DNA from: Synechococcus sp. | GTDB taxonomy: Bacteria > Cyanobacteriota > Cyanobacteriia > Thermostichales > PCC-7336 | Direction: 5' to 3' | DNA: 36,564 nt | Assembly (NCBI GenBank): GCA_051439425.1 | Contig: JBFRWD010000085.1 | Span: 1-36,564 of the forward strand | Part shown: piece by piece, positions 28,455-36,564 of the stretch | How positions within the stretch are numbered: position 1 is the first letter of the stretch | Layout of the letters: the number at the start of each line of letters is the position of its first letter | Program-made: the position numbers and the translations under genes | Notes under the pieces: generated by a model | Database searches by the model: none | Told to the model about the DNA's origin: nothing | What the model saw: only the letters and a program-made list of their open reading frames with translations

Positions 28455-30446
28455 CTAGGAGTCCTCCCATAACCCATTCATACTCCAGGTCAGGGTCACA
28501 ATCGTTTGATTGTCTTCGGTTTGCACCCGACTCCATTTGCCGTTAGGCAACTGTTGGGCAATCGTGTTCATCGCCTTGGTGCCATATCCTCCTTTTTTCG
28601 CCGGAACTAGCTCAATACCATCATTTTCCACCTGCAATAGGCAGTCTGCGCCTGTTTGATCGAGCACCACTTGCAAATAGGTACCCGAGCCTCGCGGTGG
28701 ATGGACGTGCTGAATCACATTGCCGATTGCCTCGCGGGCAAACCGGTAGATATCTTCGCGCGCGTCGAACCATTCACTCGTTTGCGGTTCCCGTAGAGGG
28801 GGCAGTTCCACCTGGAGTAGTAAATCTAGCTTGTCATCGGCCATTAATTGCTGAATGTGGTTCGCGATGCCAGTATGTAGCCCCGCTTTCAAATCGGGAG
28901 AGATGCCGAACTTACTGGCAAGCGATCGGGCATCGTTCAGTTCGCGGCGAATCCCGATACCGATATCCTGGAGGTGATTCAATATTCCATCCACTTCTAG
29001 AGCGGGATTGTCCAGTTGCAGCAGCTCGATATCGTCCATCACCAGCTTGAGTTCCTGTAACTCGCTGTCGTGAATATCTGTGGCGACCCGATACAGCAGC
29101 TTGCGAGCTTGGCGAGTAATGGCCTCCTGCTCTTCTTGCTGCATACGCTCCAGTTCACGCTGTTTGGCATGCAGGCGATCTCGACTGTGAATCAGCAGCA
29201 AAGACACTAACGTTGCCACAGTCGTAGCCCCGGCCACGACAGCAGGCATGGCAAGCGGCCACAGCCAATGGCCGTTCAACATACTAACTATACTGGCTCC
29301 GCTATATACCGCCACTAATAACGCTACGATTGCCACTCGCCCCCACAACGAAATCAGTAACAGCGGGCCGTTGCGGCGAAGGTTCAACCCCATTGTGAGT
29401 ACGACTCCTGTCCCCAGCCCAGCGAGAGCTATGACACCAGCTCTCCAGCTAAACGGCACCATCTGAAAGACTTCCCCCTGCAGCAAGCTGGAGATAGCCA
29501 GCCCTTGCAATTCCACAGCAGATACCTGGCCGCCATCAGGCAGACGAACGGGATGAGATTCCGGACTCCCTTCCACGAAACCCACCAGCACGATCTTGTC
29601 TCGCAGCGGTAGCAAAGCCTCTTCAGACACCGATCCCAAGCAAGAATGAATCAGTTGCGGAGCACACACCTGCTCGATCGGAATAATAGGGAGAGAGCCG
29701 GGGGTTAAAGGTTTGTAGTAGATAGGGTCAGTGGGCAACTCGGGGGTCAGCTCGGCTTTTGACAGAGCAAGCCGTTCCACAGAGAAAAATCCTTGTAGTC
29801 TCTGGCTGTCTCGTCGCACCAGTTGTTCGGCAAATCGAAGCTCTCGCAAAATTCCCGTCCGGTCGGTGGAAAATTGGACAAACCCCTGCACACTTTCTGG
29901 CGGCACGATGTACCGCAGCGACACGATGTCGATGGGCAGAAAATGGTTGTAGATGGGAATCTCGCCCCGGCCAAAACTTTCGCTGGTGCGGGTAGCCACT
30001 ACTAGGCGATCGGCATATGCTTCCATCGCCCTTCGTAATGGAGCATCCAGATCCTCATCTCCCAGCGCCTGGGGGACAGCAAACGTTCCGGGTAAATTGA
30101 GCACAACAGTTCGTGCTCCGGCATCCTCTAGTAGCCTCTGAGTTAAAGCCGCGTAATTCAGCCGTTCTGGCGAAAAATCTGGGAGGGTGGCATTGTCAGT
30201 TTCTGCAGTGTCTAACTGACCATCAATTCCCACAATGACGATTTCGTCGGCAACATTTTGCCAAGTGCGCGATCTCCACACCCGCCTCTGGGCCGCACTC
30301 TCCAACTCTAAAAACACAATGCTGTTACTGAGAATCCCCAGTCCTGCACTACAAATGGCTCCCCAAAATAACCCCCATCCCAAAGCATTTGGCAACGGAA
30401 TAGCGGTAGCTTCGGCTTTGGGGACTGACGGAGAAGTCTGAGTCAT
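28455..30446 (-). CDS. CHASE2-domain membrane sensor histidine kinase (HisKA_3-like)
   Basis: CHASE2 motifs EIVIVGID and LRDKIVLVG, then three TM helices and a coiled coil. H-box ATDIHDSELQ, N-box REAIGNVIQH, and ENDG and GYGT motifs. Confidence 0.82.
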   Translation of the reverse strand: MTQTSPSVPKAEATAIPLPNALGWGLFWGAICSAGLGILSNSIVFLELESAAQRRVWRSRTWQNVADEIVIVGIDGQLDTAETDNATLPDFSPERLNYAALTQRLLEDAGARTVVLNLPGTFAVPQALGDEDLDAPLRRAMEAYADRLVVATRTSESFGRGEIPIYNHFLPIDIVSLRYIVPPESVQGFVQFSTDRTGILRELRFAEQLVRRDSQRLQGFFSVERLALSKAELTPELPTDPIYYKPLTPGSLPIIPIEQVCAPQLIHSCLGSVSEEALLPLRDKIVLVGFVEGSPESHPVRLPDGGQVSAVELQGLAISSLLQGEVFQMVPFSWRAGVIALAGLGTGVVLTMGLNLRRNGPLLLISLWGRVAIVALLVAVYSGASIVSMLNGHWLWPLAMPAVVAGATTVATLVSLLLIHSRDRLHAKQRELERMQQEEQEAITRQARKLLYRVATDIHDSELQELKLVMDDIELLQLDNPALEVDGILNHLQDIGIGIRRELNDARSLASKFGISPDLKAGLHTGIANHIQQLMADDKLDLLLQVELPPLREPQTSEWFDAREDIYRFAREAIGNVIQHVHPPRGSGTYLQVVLDQTGADCLLQVENDGIELVPAKKGGYGTKAMNTIAQQLPNGKWSRVQTEDNQTIVTLTWSMNGLWEDS

Positions 30447-30743
30447 GGGAAGTGAATGGAGGCGTGCTAGCTCTCGATTCTACTTTGAATGCATGGAGCC
30501 CTTAATTGAATGGAGCCTTTATTGAGAGGTGTTCGTCAGCCCAGAAAGGGAGAGAACAGACTACTCCGATCGATCGTCGTCTTCGTATTGCAGTAGCAAC
30601 TGCTTGGAAGAATAGTAAACGTTTGGTTTTCCAGCTCCCTGTCACTCATGTGGCTGGGGAGATTGAGTTATCGAACTCAGACTCGATCGACCCTTTCAGT
30701 ACAAACTCTAGAGGTAGTGCCACTTCTAAAAGATGTAATCAGC

Positions 30744-31259
30744 TTAGCCAGCAGGACGGCGACCCAAACTGGGAGGAACCTCTGTGTTGAGATCGAAGAC
30801 ATTAGACTCTGATGGCTTGTCGCCTGTAGTTTGTGGGGAGTCGCTACCCTTTCCATCAGGAGATAGCCGGTATCGGATCACCTGCTCTCCTCGATAAAGA
30901 GTGATGTTAAGTCGCTCGCCCCGGCGATCGATTTGCCAAGTCCCTTCGCTGTTGTGAAATGTTTCGTTACCACCAGAAAACGTTGCATCGAGAGCAGGGC
31001 CAGAACGAGTACGAATGCGACCACCGTCCGTTTCGACCTCTAGACGCAGGCTCGCACCGTGCCCTTGACCGCTGACAATTTGTCCGGTGCCGCGCCAAAT
31101 CGTACCGGCTTGGGCAACTGCAGCCAGCGGATTAAAGATCGCACAGCCTCCTAGAGCCAGACCAACGGCTAATCGTAGCCATCTACGCCCCATGCTGGAT
31201 TCAATCGAACGGAGGCGCGGTCGTTTAGTAGTGCCCAAACTGTTCATCACGCGAAGCAA
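30744..31259 (-). CDS. Exported hypothetical protein (start may be the ATG at 31247 or 31193)
   Basis: Signal-peptide-like RRWLRLAVGLALGGCAIFNPLAAVA followed by a small beta-rich domain. Confidence 0.65.
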   Translation of the reverse strand: MLRVMNSLGTTKRPRLRSIESSMGRRWLRLAVGLALGGCAIFNPLAAVAQAGTIWRGTGQIVSGQGHGASLRLEVETDGGRIRTRSGPALDATFSGGNETFHNSEGTWQIDRRGERLNITLYRGEQVIRYRLSPDGKGSDSPQTTGDKPSESNVFDLNTEVPPSLGRRPAG

Positions 31260-31644
31260 ATATCGCTAAGGAAACGGCCTAAATTGCTAACCCAAGTTAC
31301 CTTCTCATATCCACCAGACCAACGAACAATCAATCGTTGGCGGACATTGTGTGGAGCGGGAAGCGCTGTTGCCGAATCTGACAACAATCGGGTAACACTT
31401 CAGCTAGTTCTACTCTAAAGATAAGGAAGTGGTCAAAATAGGTTAACAACTGTGCCTTCAGTTACGAACTCCCGCACATCGCCAGCAATCAGAACTCAAA
31501 AACTGAACAGTGCTAGAGCAAGCAACTAGAAAAAAGCTGGTAGTCCACAACATTCTGCACATTTCTTGAAACCGTCTCCCCGTATAACAAAGAGGAATAA
31601 AATCTCCTCTTCTGCCATCCAAGAAGGGTAAAAGCAACTCGATC

Positions 31645-33252
31645 TTAGGACTCAGTTGCGAGAGCGGAGTTGTCAACGTCATTCAGGACTGGGCTACCAG
31701 TATCAACTTCAGAAATTGCAGCGATGGGTAGACTTTCCGATTGAGTCTGTGCAGGCAACCCTAAGAAAGAACTACCCGTCACAGAGTTGGTAGTCAGAGT
31801 GAACAGAGGATTTGACAGAACACCAGATAAGACAGTCGCAATCAGGGTCAATACCATACCCACCTGAATGGGGCGCATTCCCATTGCCGTCCAATTCGTT
31901 TCTGGATAGTTGCGGACAGACGGAGACATTTCCTGGGGTTCCTTTACCACCATCATCTTGATGACACGAACGTAATAGTAAATGGAGACAACGCTGGTAA
32001 ATAATCCAACCAGTACCAGACCGTAGGCTCCTGCCTGCCAGCCAGCCCAGAACAGATAAATTTTTCCGAAGAATCCAGCCATCGGAGGAATACCTCCCAA
32101 TGACAGCAGGCAGATGCTAAGGCACAGGGTCAAGAAGGGATCTTTCTGATACAGGCCGCTGTACTCGGTAATGTCGTCCGTTCCCGTCTTGAGAGAAAAC
32201 AGAGTGACACAGAGAAACGCCCCCAAGTTCATGAACAGGTACACCAGCAAGTAGAAGAGGGTACTGGAATAGCCAGCTTCAGTTCCAACCACTAGGCCAA
32301 TCAACACAAAGCCCGCTTGAGCAATGGAAGAATAGGCCAGCAGCCGCTTCATGCTGTTCTGGGCAAGGGCGACAACGTTGCCCAAAATCATGGTCAGGAT
32401 TGCCAAGATGGCGAAAACAGCCCGCCATTCGTCTGCCAGTGTTGGAAAGACAGTGGTGAGGAATCGCAGTGCAAGGGCAAAACCAGCAGTCTTAGAACCA
32501 ACGGAAAGAAAGGCAACAACTGGAGTGGGTGAACCTTCGTATACGTCAGGAGTCCATTGGTGAAAGGGGACAGCTGCCAATTTGAAAGAAATACCGGAAA
32601 TGCAGAAAACCAGTGCTAGCGTTCCGGCCAAACCTGCATCGGCCAGATGAGGAGCGATCGCCGCCATATTCGTTTCTCCACCGGCCAAACCGTACAGCAG
32701 GGACATACCGTAGAGAAAAATCGCCGTGCTGCTGGCACCAATCAGCAGGTATTTCAGCGCTGCTTCGTTAGAGCGGGGGTCACGTTTGGTGTATCCCGCC
32801 ATTAAATAACTGGAGATACTCAAGGTCTCCAGCGCCACAAACACCATGATCAAGTCTGTGGAGCCAGCCAGAAACATCCCTCCCAATGTGGAGGTTAATA
32901 GCAGAATGTAAAACTCGGGGGCCGACGAACCGGACTGGCTGATGTAGCGGATAGACATCAACACCACCAGAGCGGCAGTAATTACCAGCATCCCTCTAAA
33001 GACAATGCTGATTGGATCTGCCGTAAAGCTGCCTAGGAACCCAACGGGATCTGTCATCGACCATTGATTGGCCAATGCAGCGATCGCCACTCCTGTACCC
33101 GCAACCGTCACGCCTGGAATGATGCGACCTGCTGTTTCCCCCCAAATCAAATCAAGGGTCAAAATCAACAGAATAGTCACCGTCACGACAGCCTCTGGCA
33201 GAATCGTCAAGGCGTTGAGGTGAGAAGCGATTGCAGGATCGAAAATATCCAT
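31645..33252 (-). CDS. ndhB: NAD(P)H-quinone oxidoreductase subunit 2 (NuoN-like)
   Basis: [58 protein letters not shown] and LSLGGIPP motifs. Confidence 0.96.
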   Translation of the reverse strand: MDIFDPAIASHLNALTILPEAVVTVTILLILTLDLIWGETAGRIIPGVTVAGTGVAIAALANQWSMTDPVGFLGSFTADPISIVFRGMLVITAALVVLMSIRYISQSGSSAPEFYILLLTSTLGGMFLAGSTDLIMVFVALETLSISSYLMAGYTKRDPRSNEAALKYLLIGASSTAIFLYGMSLLYGLAGGETNMAAIAPHLADAGLAGTLALVFCISGISFKLAAVPFHQWTPDVYEGSPTPVVAFLSVGSKTAGFALALRFLTTVFPTLADEWRAVFAILAILTMILGNVVALAQNSMKRLLAYSSIAQAGFVLIGLVVGTEAGYSSTLFYLLVYLFMNLGAFLCVTLFSLKTGTDDITEYSGLYQKDPFLTLCLSICLLSLGGIPPMAGFFGKIYLFWAGWQAGAYGLVLVGLFTSVVSIYYYVRVIKMMVVKEPQEMSPSVRNYPETNWTAMGMRPIQVGMVLTLIATVLSGVLSNPLFTLTTNSVTGSSFLGLPAQTQSESLPIAAISEVDTGSPVLNDVDNSALATES

Positions 33253-33670
33253 ATTGATCGGAGGGTCTCGTTAGAGTAGTTCGCTAGGTCGAGAGTAGTT
33301 CTCTCAGTGAAGAACAGTACGGACAAATGATTTGTGATTTGCCGCCTCTTAGCATACCGCGTATTTTTTGCTGCTCTTACCCATTTCAGAACCCAAAGCT
33401 TGCGATATGTAGAAGTTACGGCCGGAGAGCGGACGATGAAGGCCGTATTCGCGATCGCTTGTAGGATCCTGCCTCTGGCATTTCGGAGCGATTCTTTATT
33501 TAATCTGGTTATAACGACTTTGGTTCAATGGGACTCTCAGATTTAATGGAGCGTCCTACTTGAGTCTGAAGTTCTGTCCTCTTTAAATCATGACCAGGTT
33601 GCGACCAGCCCATCAATAGATGGGTTACAACCATCTAAAGAGGATCTTTGTGGAGTGAGAGAGTGACCAG

Positions 33671-35407
33671 ATGAATAGAACCCCTGTATCGGCGGCTTGG
33701 TGTCGGTCTACATTTACCGCAGTTGTTCTCGCAGGAACTTGGGCAATCTCTACCCCTGTGACTGTGGCTCAGACGCCTGAAGCCGACGGAGATCCGTTGC
33801 CGCCCGTGCCCCCAGCGACTGCAGGGCCAACAGCCCAGGCCGCCGATCCACTATTGCAGGAAATTCTCGATGAGGCAGAAGCCATCCGAGAAACAGAGTC
33901 CGATACCGCAGATAACCAGCCTCACAATACTAATGAAAATCTCGAAGAGGATGAAAATCTAGCTGATGGTCAGTTGGTCGCGCCTCCCGCAATAGTGCCT
34001 GACGATCCTCAGGACATCACCACCCCCGAGGCTCCGCCCCTGCTCGAATTGCCAGATGACGTTCCTGCGATCGAAAGTCCCAATGCAGCAGAAACCCTAG
34101 AGCTTCCTCAGGATCCTCTCCAAGTCCGAGTTGAATCGATTCAAACCCTGACCCTTGAAGATGCTTTTCAACTATCCCTAGAAAACAATCCCACTATTCG
34201 GCAAGCCGAACTGGACGTTGAAATTGCTCGCAAGCAGGTCAGTCAAGCCAGAGGCGAATATTTTCCGCAACTCTCTACAAGCGTGAACTACGCTTTCACA
34301 GATCCAGCCACTCCCGATCCTGTTGGTACTCCATCATTCGATCCATTCACTGGTGAGACGATTTCAGGCATAGACAGTAATATTCAAAATTCTCTGAACG
34401 GACAATTTAGGCTCGATTTCACAATCATTGACGGGGGAGGGCGGACCGCACGCAATCTAATTGCCGATCAAGCGGTCGCGATTGCCGAATTTAATCTAGA
34501 CCAAACCATCCAGGGGGTACAGCTGGAGGTAGCTACTGCCTATTACTCCTTGCAGCTCGCCGACACGAATGTCTTGGTAGCCGAGGCACAAGTCAACGAT
34601 TCACAAACGAGCTTGCAGGATGCCGAGGCCCGAGAGCGGGCCGGCATCGGAACCCGGTTTGAAGTCTTGCAGGCTCAAACAGAGCTAGCCAATGACGAGG
34701 TCGCTCTGATTGATGCCCTCAACAACCAACGAGTGGCACGATTCGATTTGGCCAGGATCCTAAGTTTCGACACTACCGTTGAGGTAGCAGCGGTCGATCC
34801 TATCGATCCCACAGAAACGTGGGACCTTAGCCTGGAAGAAACCATCGTGCGGGCATTCGAGACTCGCGCTGAGTTCGAGAGCTTGCGCGAGCAGGTGGAG
34901 CAGTTGAGACAGCAAGCACAGAACTCTCTTTCGAACGTTCGACCCAACGTGAGCATTTTCTCCACATTTGACTATCAGGCTGATTTTGATGGTGACAATT
35001 CTGGCAACCCCTTTCTAGAGCGAGGTTACTCGGTAGGAGCTGCATTTAATTGGAGTTTCTTCGACGGGTTCCAATCCTTGTCTGCGGCTCAGCAGGCCGA
35101 CCTTGAACGGGAGCAAACTCGAATTGGGTTTGAAGAAGCCAGAGACAGCATTCGGTTTGAGGTGGAGCAAGCCTATTTCTCCCTGAACTCCTTCCGAGAA
35201 CAAATTGATGCCGCAAAGGTTGGCCTTGAGAGCGCTCAAGAGGAGTTACGATTGGCCCGCTTGAGATTTGAAGCAGGGGTAGGAACTCAAACGGATGTCC
35301 TGAATGCTCAAACACGCTTAGCTGAAGCTCGTCAAAACCTGTCAAACTCGGTGTCAAACTACAACTTATCTGTCGTACAGCTTCGACGTGCTGTAAACGG
35401 CTTATAG
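33671..35407 (+). CDS. tolC: TolC family outer-membrane efflux protein
   Basis: Signal peptide, an acidic Pro-rich extension, then two OEP repeats (LTLEDAFQLSLENNP; RERAGIGTRFEVLQAQ; LARLRFEAGVGTQTDVLNAQ). Confidence 0.92.
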   Translation: MNRTPVSAAWCRSTFTAVVLAGTWAISTPVTVAQTPEADGDPLPPVPPATAGPTAQAADPLLQEILDEAEAIRETESDTADNQPHNTNENLEEDENLADGQLVAPPAIVPDDPQDITTPEAPPLLELPDDVPAIESPNAAETLELPQDPLQVRVESIQTLTLEDAFQLSLENNPTIRQAELDVEIARKQVSQARGEYFPQLSTSVNYAFTDPATPDPVGTPSFDPFTGETISGIDSNIQNSLNGQFRLDFTIIDGGGRTARNLIADQAVAIAEFNLDQTIQGVQLEVATAYYSLQLADTNVLVAEAQVNDSQTSLQDAEARERAGIGTRFEVLQAQTELANDEVALIDALNNQRVARFDLARILSFDTTVEVAAVDPIDPTETWDLSLEETIVRAFETRAEFESLREQVEQLRQQAQNSLSNVRPNVSIFSTFDYQADFDGDNSGNPFLERGYSVGAAFNWSFFDGFQSLSAAQQADLEREQTRIGFEEARDSIRFEVEQAYFSLNSFREQIDAAKVGLESAQEELRLARLRFEAGVGTQTDVLNAQTRLAEARQNLSNSVSNYNLSVVQLRRAVNGL

Positions 35408-35501
35408 GCCTGTATCACAGACTGTCACTGCGATGCACCCGTTGCCTCGATCTAATCCCACAGCTGTCTGTGGGTGAGGGAAGACGAGTTTGTAGAAATG
35501 C

Positions 35502-35531
35502 TTGACAGAGGTTTTCTGCAATCGTTAAAGT
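35502..35531 (+). promoter_or_regulatory. Putative sigma70-type promoter of tRNA-Gln
   Basis: TTGACA (35502-35507), 18-nt spacer, TAAAGT (35526-35531). Confidence 0.6.
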
Positions 35532-35544
35532 GTTTAGGCACCAA

Positions 35545-35616
35545 TGGGGCATCGCCAAGTGGTAAGGCAGCGGGTTTTGGTCCCGCCATTCGGTGGTTCG
35601 AATCCATCTGCCCCAG
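35545..35616 (+). tRNA. trnQ: tRNA-Gln (anticodon TTG)
   Basis: TGGGGCA/TGCCCCA acceptor stem, GCCAAGTGGTAAGGC D-arm, GCGGG-TTTTGGT-CCCGC anticodon arm and GGTTCGAATCC T-arm. Confidence 0.96.
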
Positions 35617-35701
35617 TTTTGACAAGTTTTCGCTTTCATTGACATTGAACCTACCAATGTCCTTGCACTGGATAGTAGGGTGAAGGGCTGGTTGGTCGAG
35701 C

Positions 35702-36286
35702 TTACAAATTGCGATTGCGTTCTCCTCCCTTGAGCGATTCGATTGTCTTGCCCAAAGGAATATATTTAATTGCTAGATACATAACTACCATTGCCAGTAG
35801 GGCGATCGCGATGCCCAAAGGACGGTCGGTGATGGACCAAACAACAGCCAGAATCAACGCAATTGCATCGGCAAGCAATACGTCTAAGCGCTCTACGATT
35901 GACCAGGGGCGAATTGAAGGTCGAGTGCTGGGTTGAACGGAAACTGTAACAGAGAGATTAAACATTAACTGACTGAACATCACTATCGAGATTCCCGAGC
36001 CGATCCAACGCCAACTAACCAGCAAGCCCAGTAGCTCTAGAACAACCGTCACCGCCAGACTATATCTAAACCTCGATAATTCAGAGGCAATTGCTGACTT
36101 CGCCAGCAATTGCCTGCGAACGCTGTTGAAGTTGTCGATGTCGACAATCGCCATCCTGGCGAGATCCGCAGCAAATAGTAGTAACGCGATCGCCATTAAT
36201 CGTTCGGCACTACTGTCAGACTGCACCAGACGTATAATCGTGCCACCCCCTGCAAGAACGTAAACCAGAATCAGCCAGGACTTCAT
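35702..36286 (-). CDS. Hypothetical integral membrane protein
   Basis: 194 aa with about six hydrophobic segments; GAGAG RBS-like sequence upstream of the ATG. Confidence 0.7.
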   Translation of the reverse strand: MKSWLILVYVLAGGGTIIRLVQSDSSAERLMAIALLLFAADLARMAIVDIDNFNSVRRQLLAKSAIASELSRFRYSLAVTVVLELLGLLVSWRWIGSGISIVMFSQLMFNLSVTVSVQPSTRPSIRPWSIVERLDVLLADAIALILAVVWSITDRPLGIAIALLAMVVMYLAIKYIPLGKTIESLKGGERNRNL

Positions 36287-36438
36287 CTATTCTTCTCTCG
36301 GTCATGTTGCTAGCAGAGCAGATAAATCTCCAAAGAGACCACTCAAAAGCCTAGTTCTCGACCTAGTATGAGCATGAACGGTCTCGTACTCTCGACCTTT
36401 ACCTGAGAAAATCCTTGGGCAACAGGGGCTGTTCTCGC

Positions 36439-36564
36439 GGCGTTGCACATTAAGGGGCTGATGGTGTCGGAACATCACGATATCGAAGGTAGTGCAGCAG
36501 CAATCGAATCGAGTGTTTGAGCATAGCTTCCGATTTGGAATAGCAGAGAGTCTTACGGCTCAAT
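36439..36564 (-). mobile_element. End of an IS1-family insertion sequence (continues beyond the window)
   Basis: Terminal sequence GGCGTTGCACATTAAG at 36439, overlapping the stop codon of an InsB-like C-terminus. Confidence 0.75.
36450..36563 (-). CDS. IS1-family transposase (InsB-like) C-terminus, partial
   Basis: Manual translation gives LSRKTLCYSKSEAMLKHSIRLLLHYLRYRDVPTPSAP*. RKTLCYSKS is characteristic of IS1 InsB. Confidence 0.85.
   Translation of the reverse strand: MSRKTLCYSKSEAMLKHSIRLLLHYLRYRDVPTPSAP

Noticed and set aside
33671..34140. Long acidic Pro-rich N-terminal extension of TolC as a novel domain
   Set aside because: Low-complexity N-terminal extensions are usual in cyanobacterial TolC/HgdD-type proteins.

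Overview
This is a cyanobacterial chromosomal segment: it has many HIP1 GCGATCGC octamers and carries ndhO, ndhB, chlL/chlN, sasA and a CpcD-domain linker gene. Most of it is housekeeping: the 5' end of acpP, an RND pump and its adaptor, an ABC1 kinase, ftsE, a WecB/TagA glycosyltransferase, rsmG, a DUF3524 glycosyltransferase, two M23 peptidases, tag, hsp20, a degenerate serine recombinase, mlaE, a CHASE2 kinase, tolC, tRNA-Leu(CAG), tRNA-Gln(TTG), and the end of an IS1-family element at the right edge. The most unusual element lies between ndhO and the ABC1 kinase. It looks like a lone integron gene cassette (about 5489-7016), with a GTTAGAC core before the gene, an 89-bp attC-like hairpin after it, and no integron integrase in the window. 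The cassette encodes a nucleoside-deoxyribosyltransferase/DRHyd-like domain followed by a coiled coil and TPR repeats (ASK/MAP3K TRAF-binding-like), a candidate single-gene defence or conflict system. Other leads are a rod-shaped candidate ncRNA behind the CpcD-domain gene, an apparently catalytically dead thermonuclease, a bacterial GTDC1/QTMAN-like glycosyltransferase behind sasA, and a K-box cluster upstream of hsp20. All calls come from reading the sequence and recalling motifs; no searches were run.
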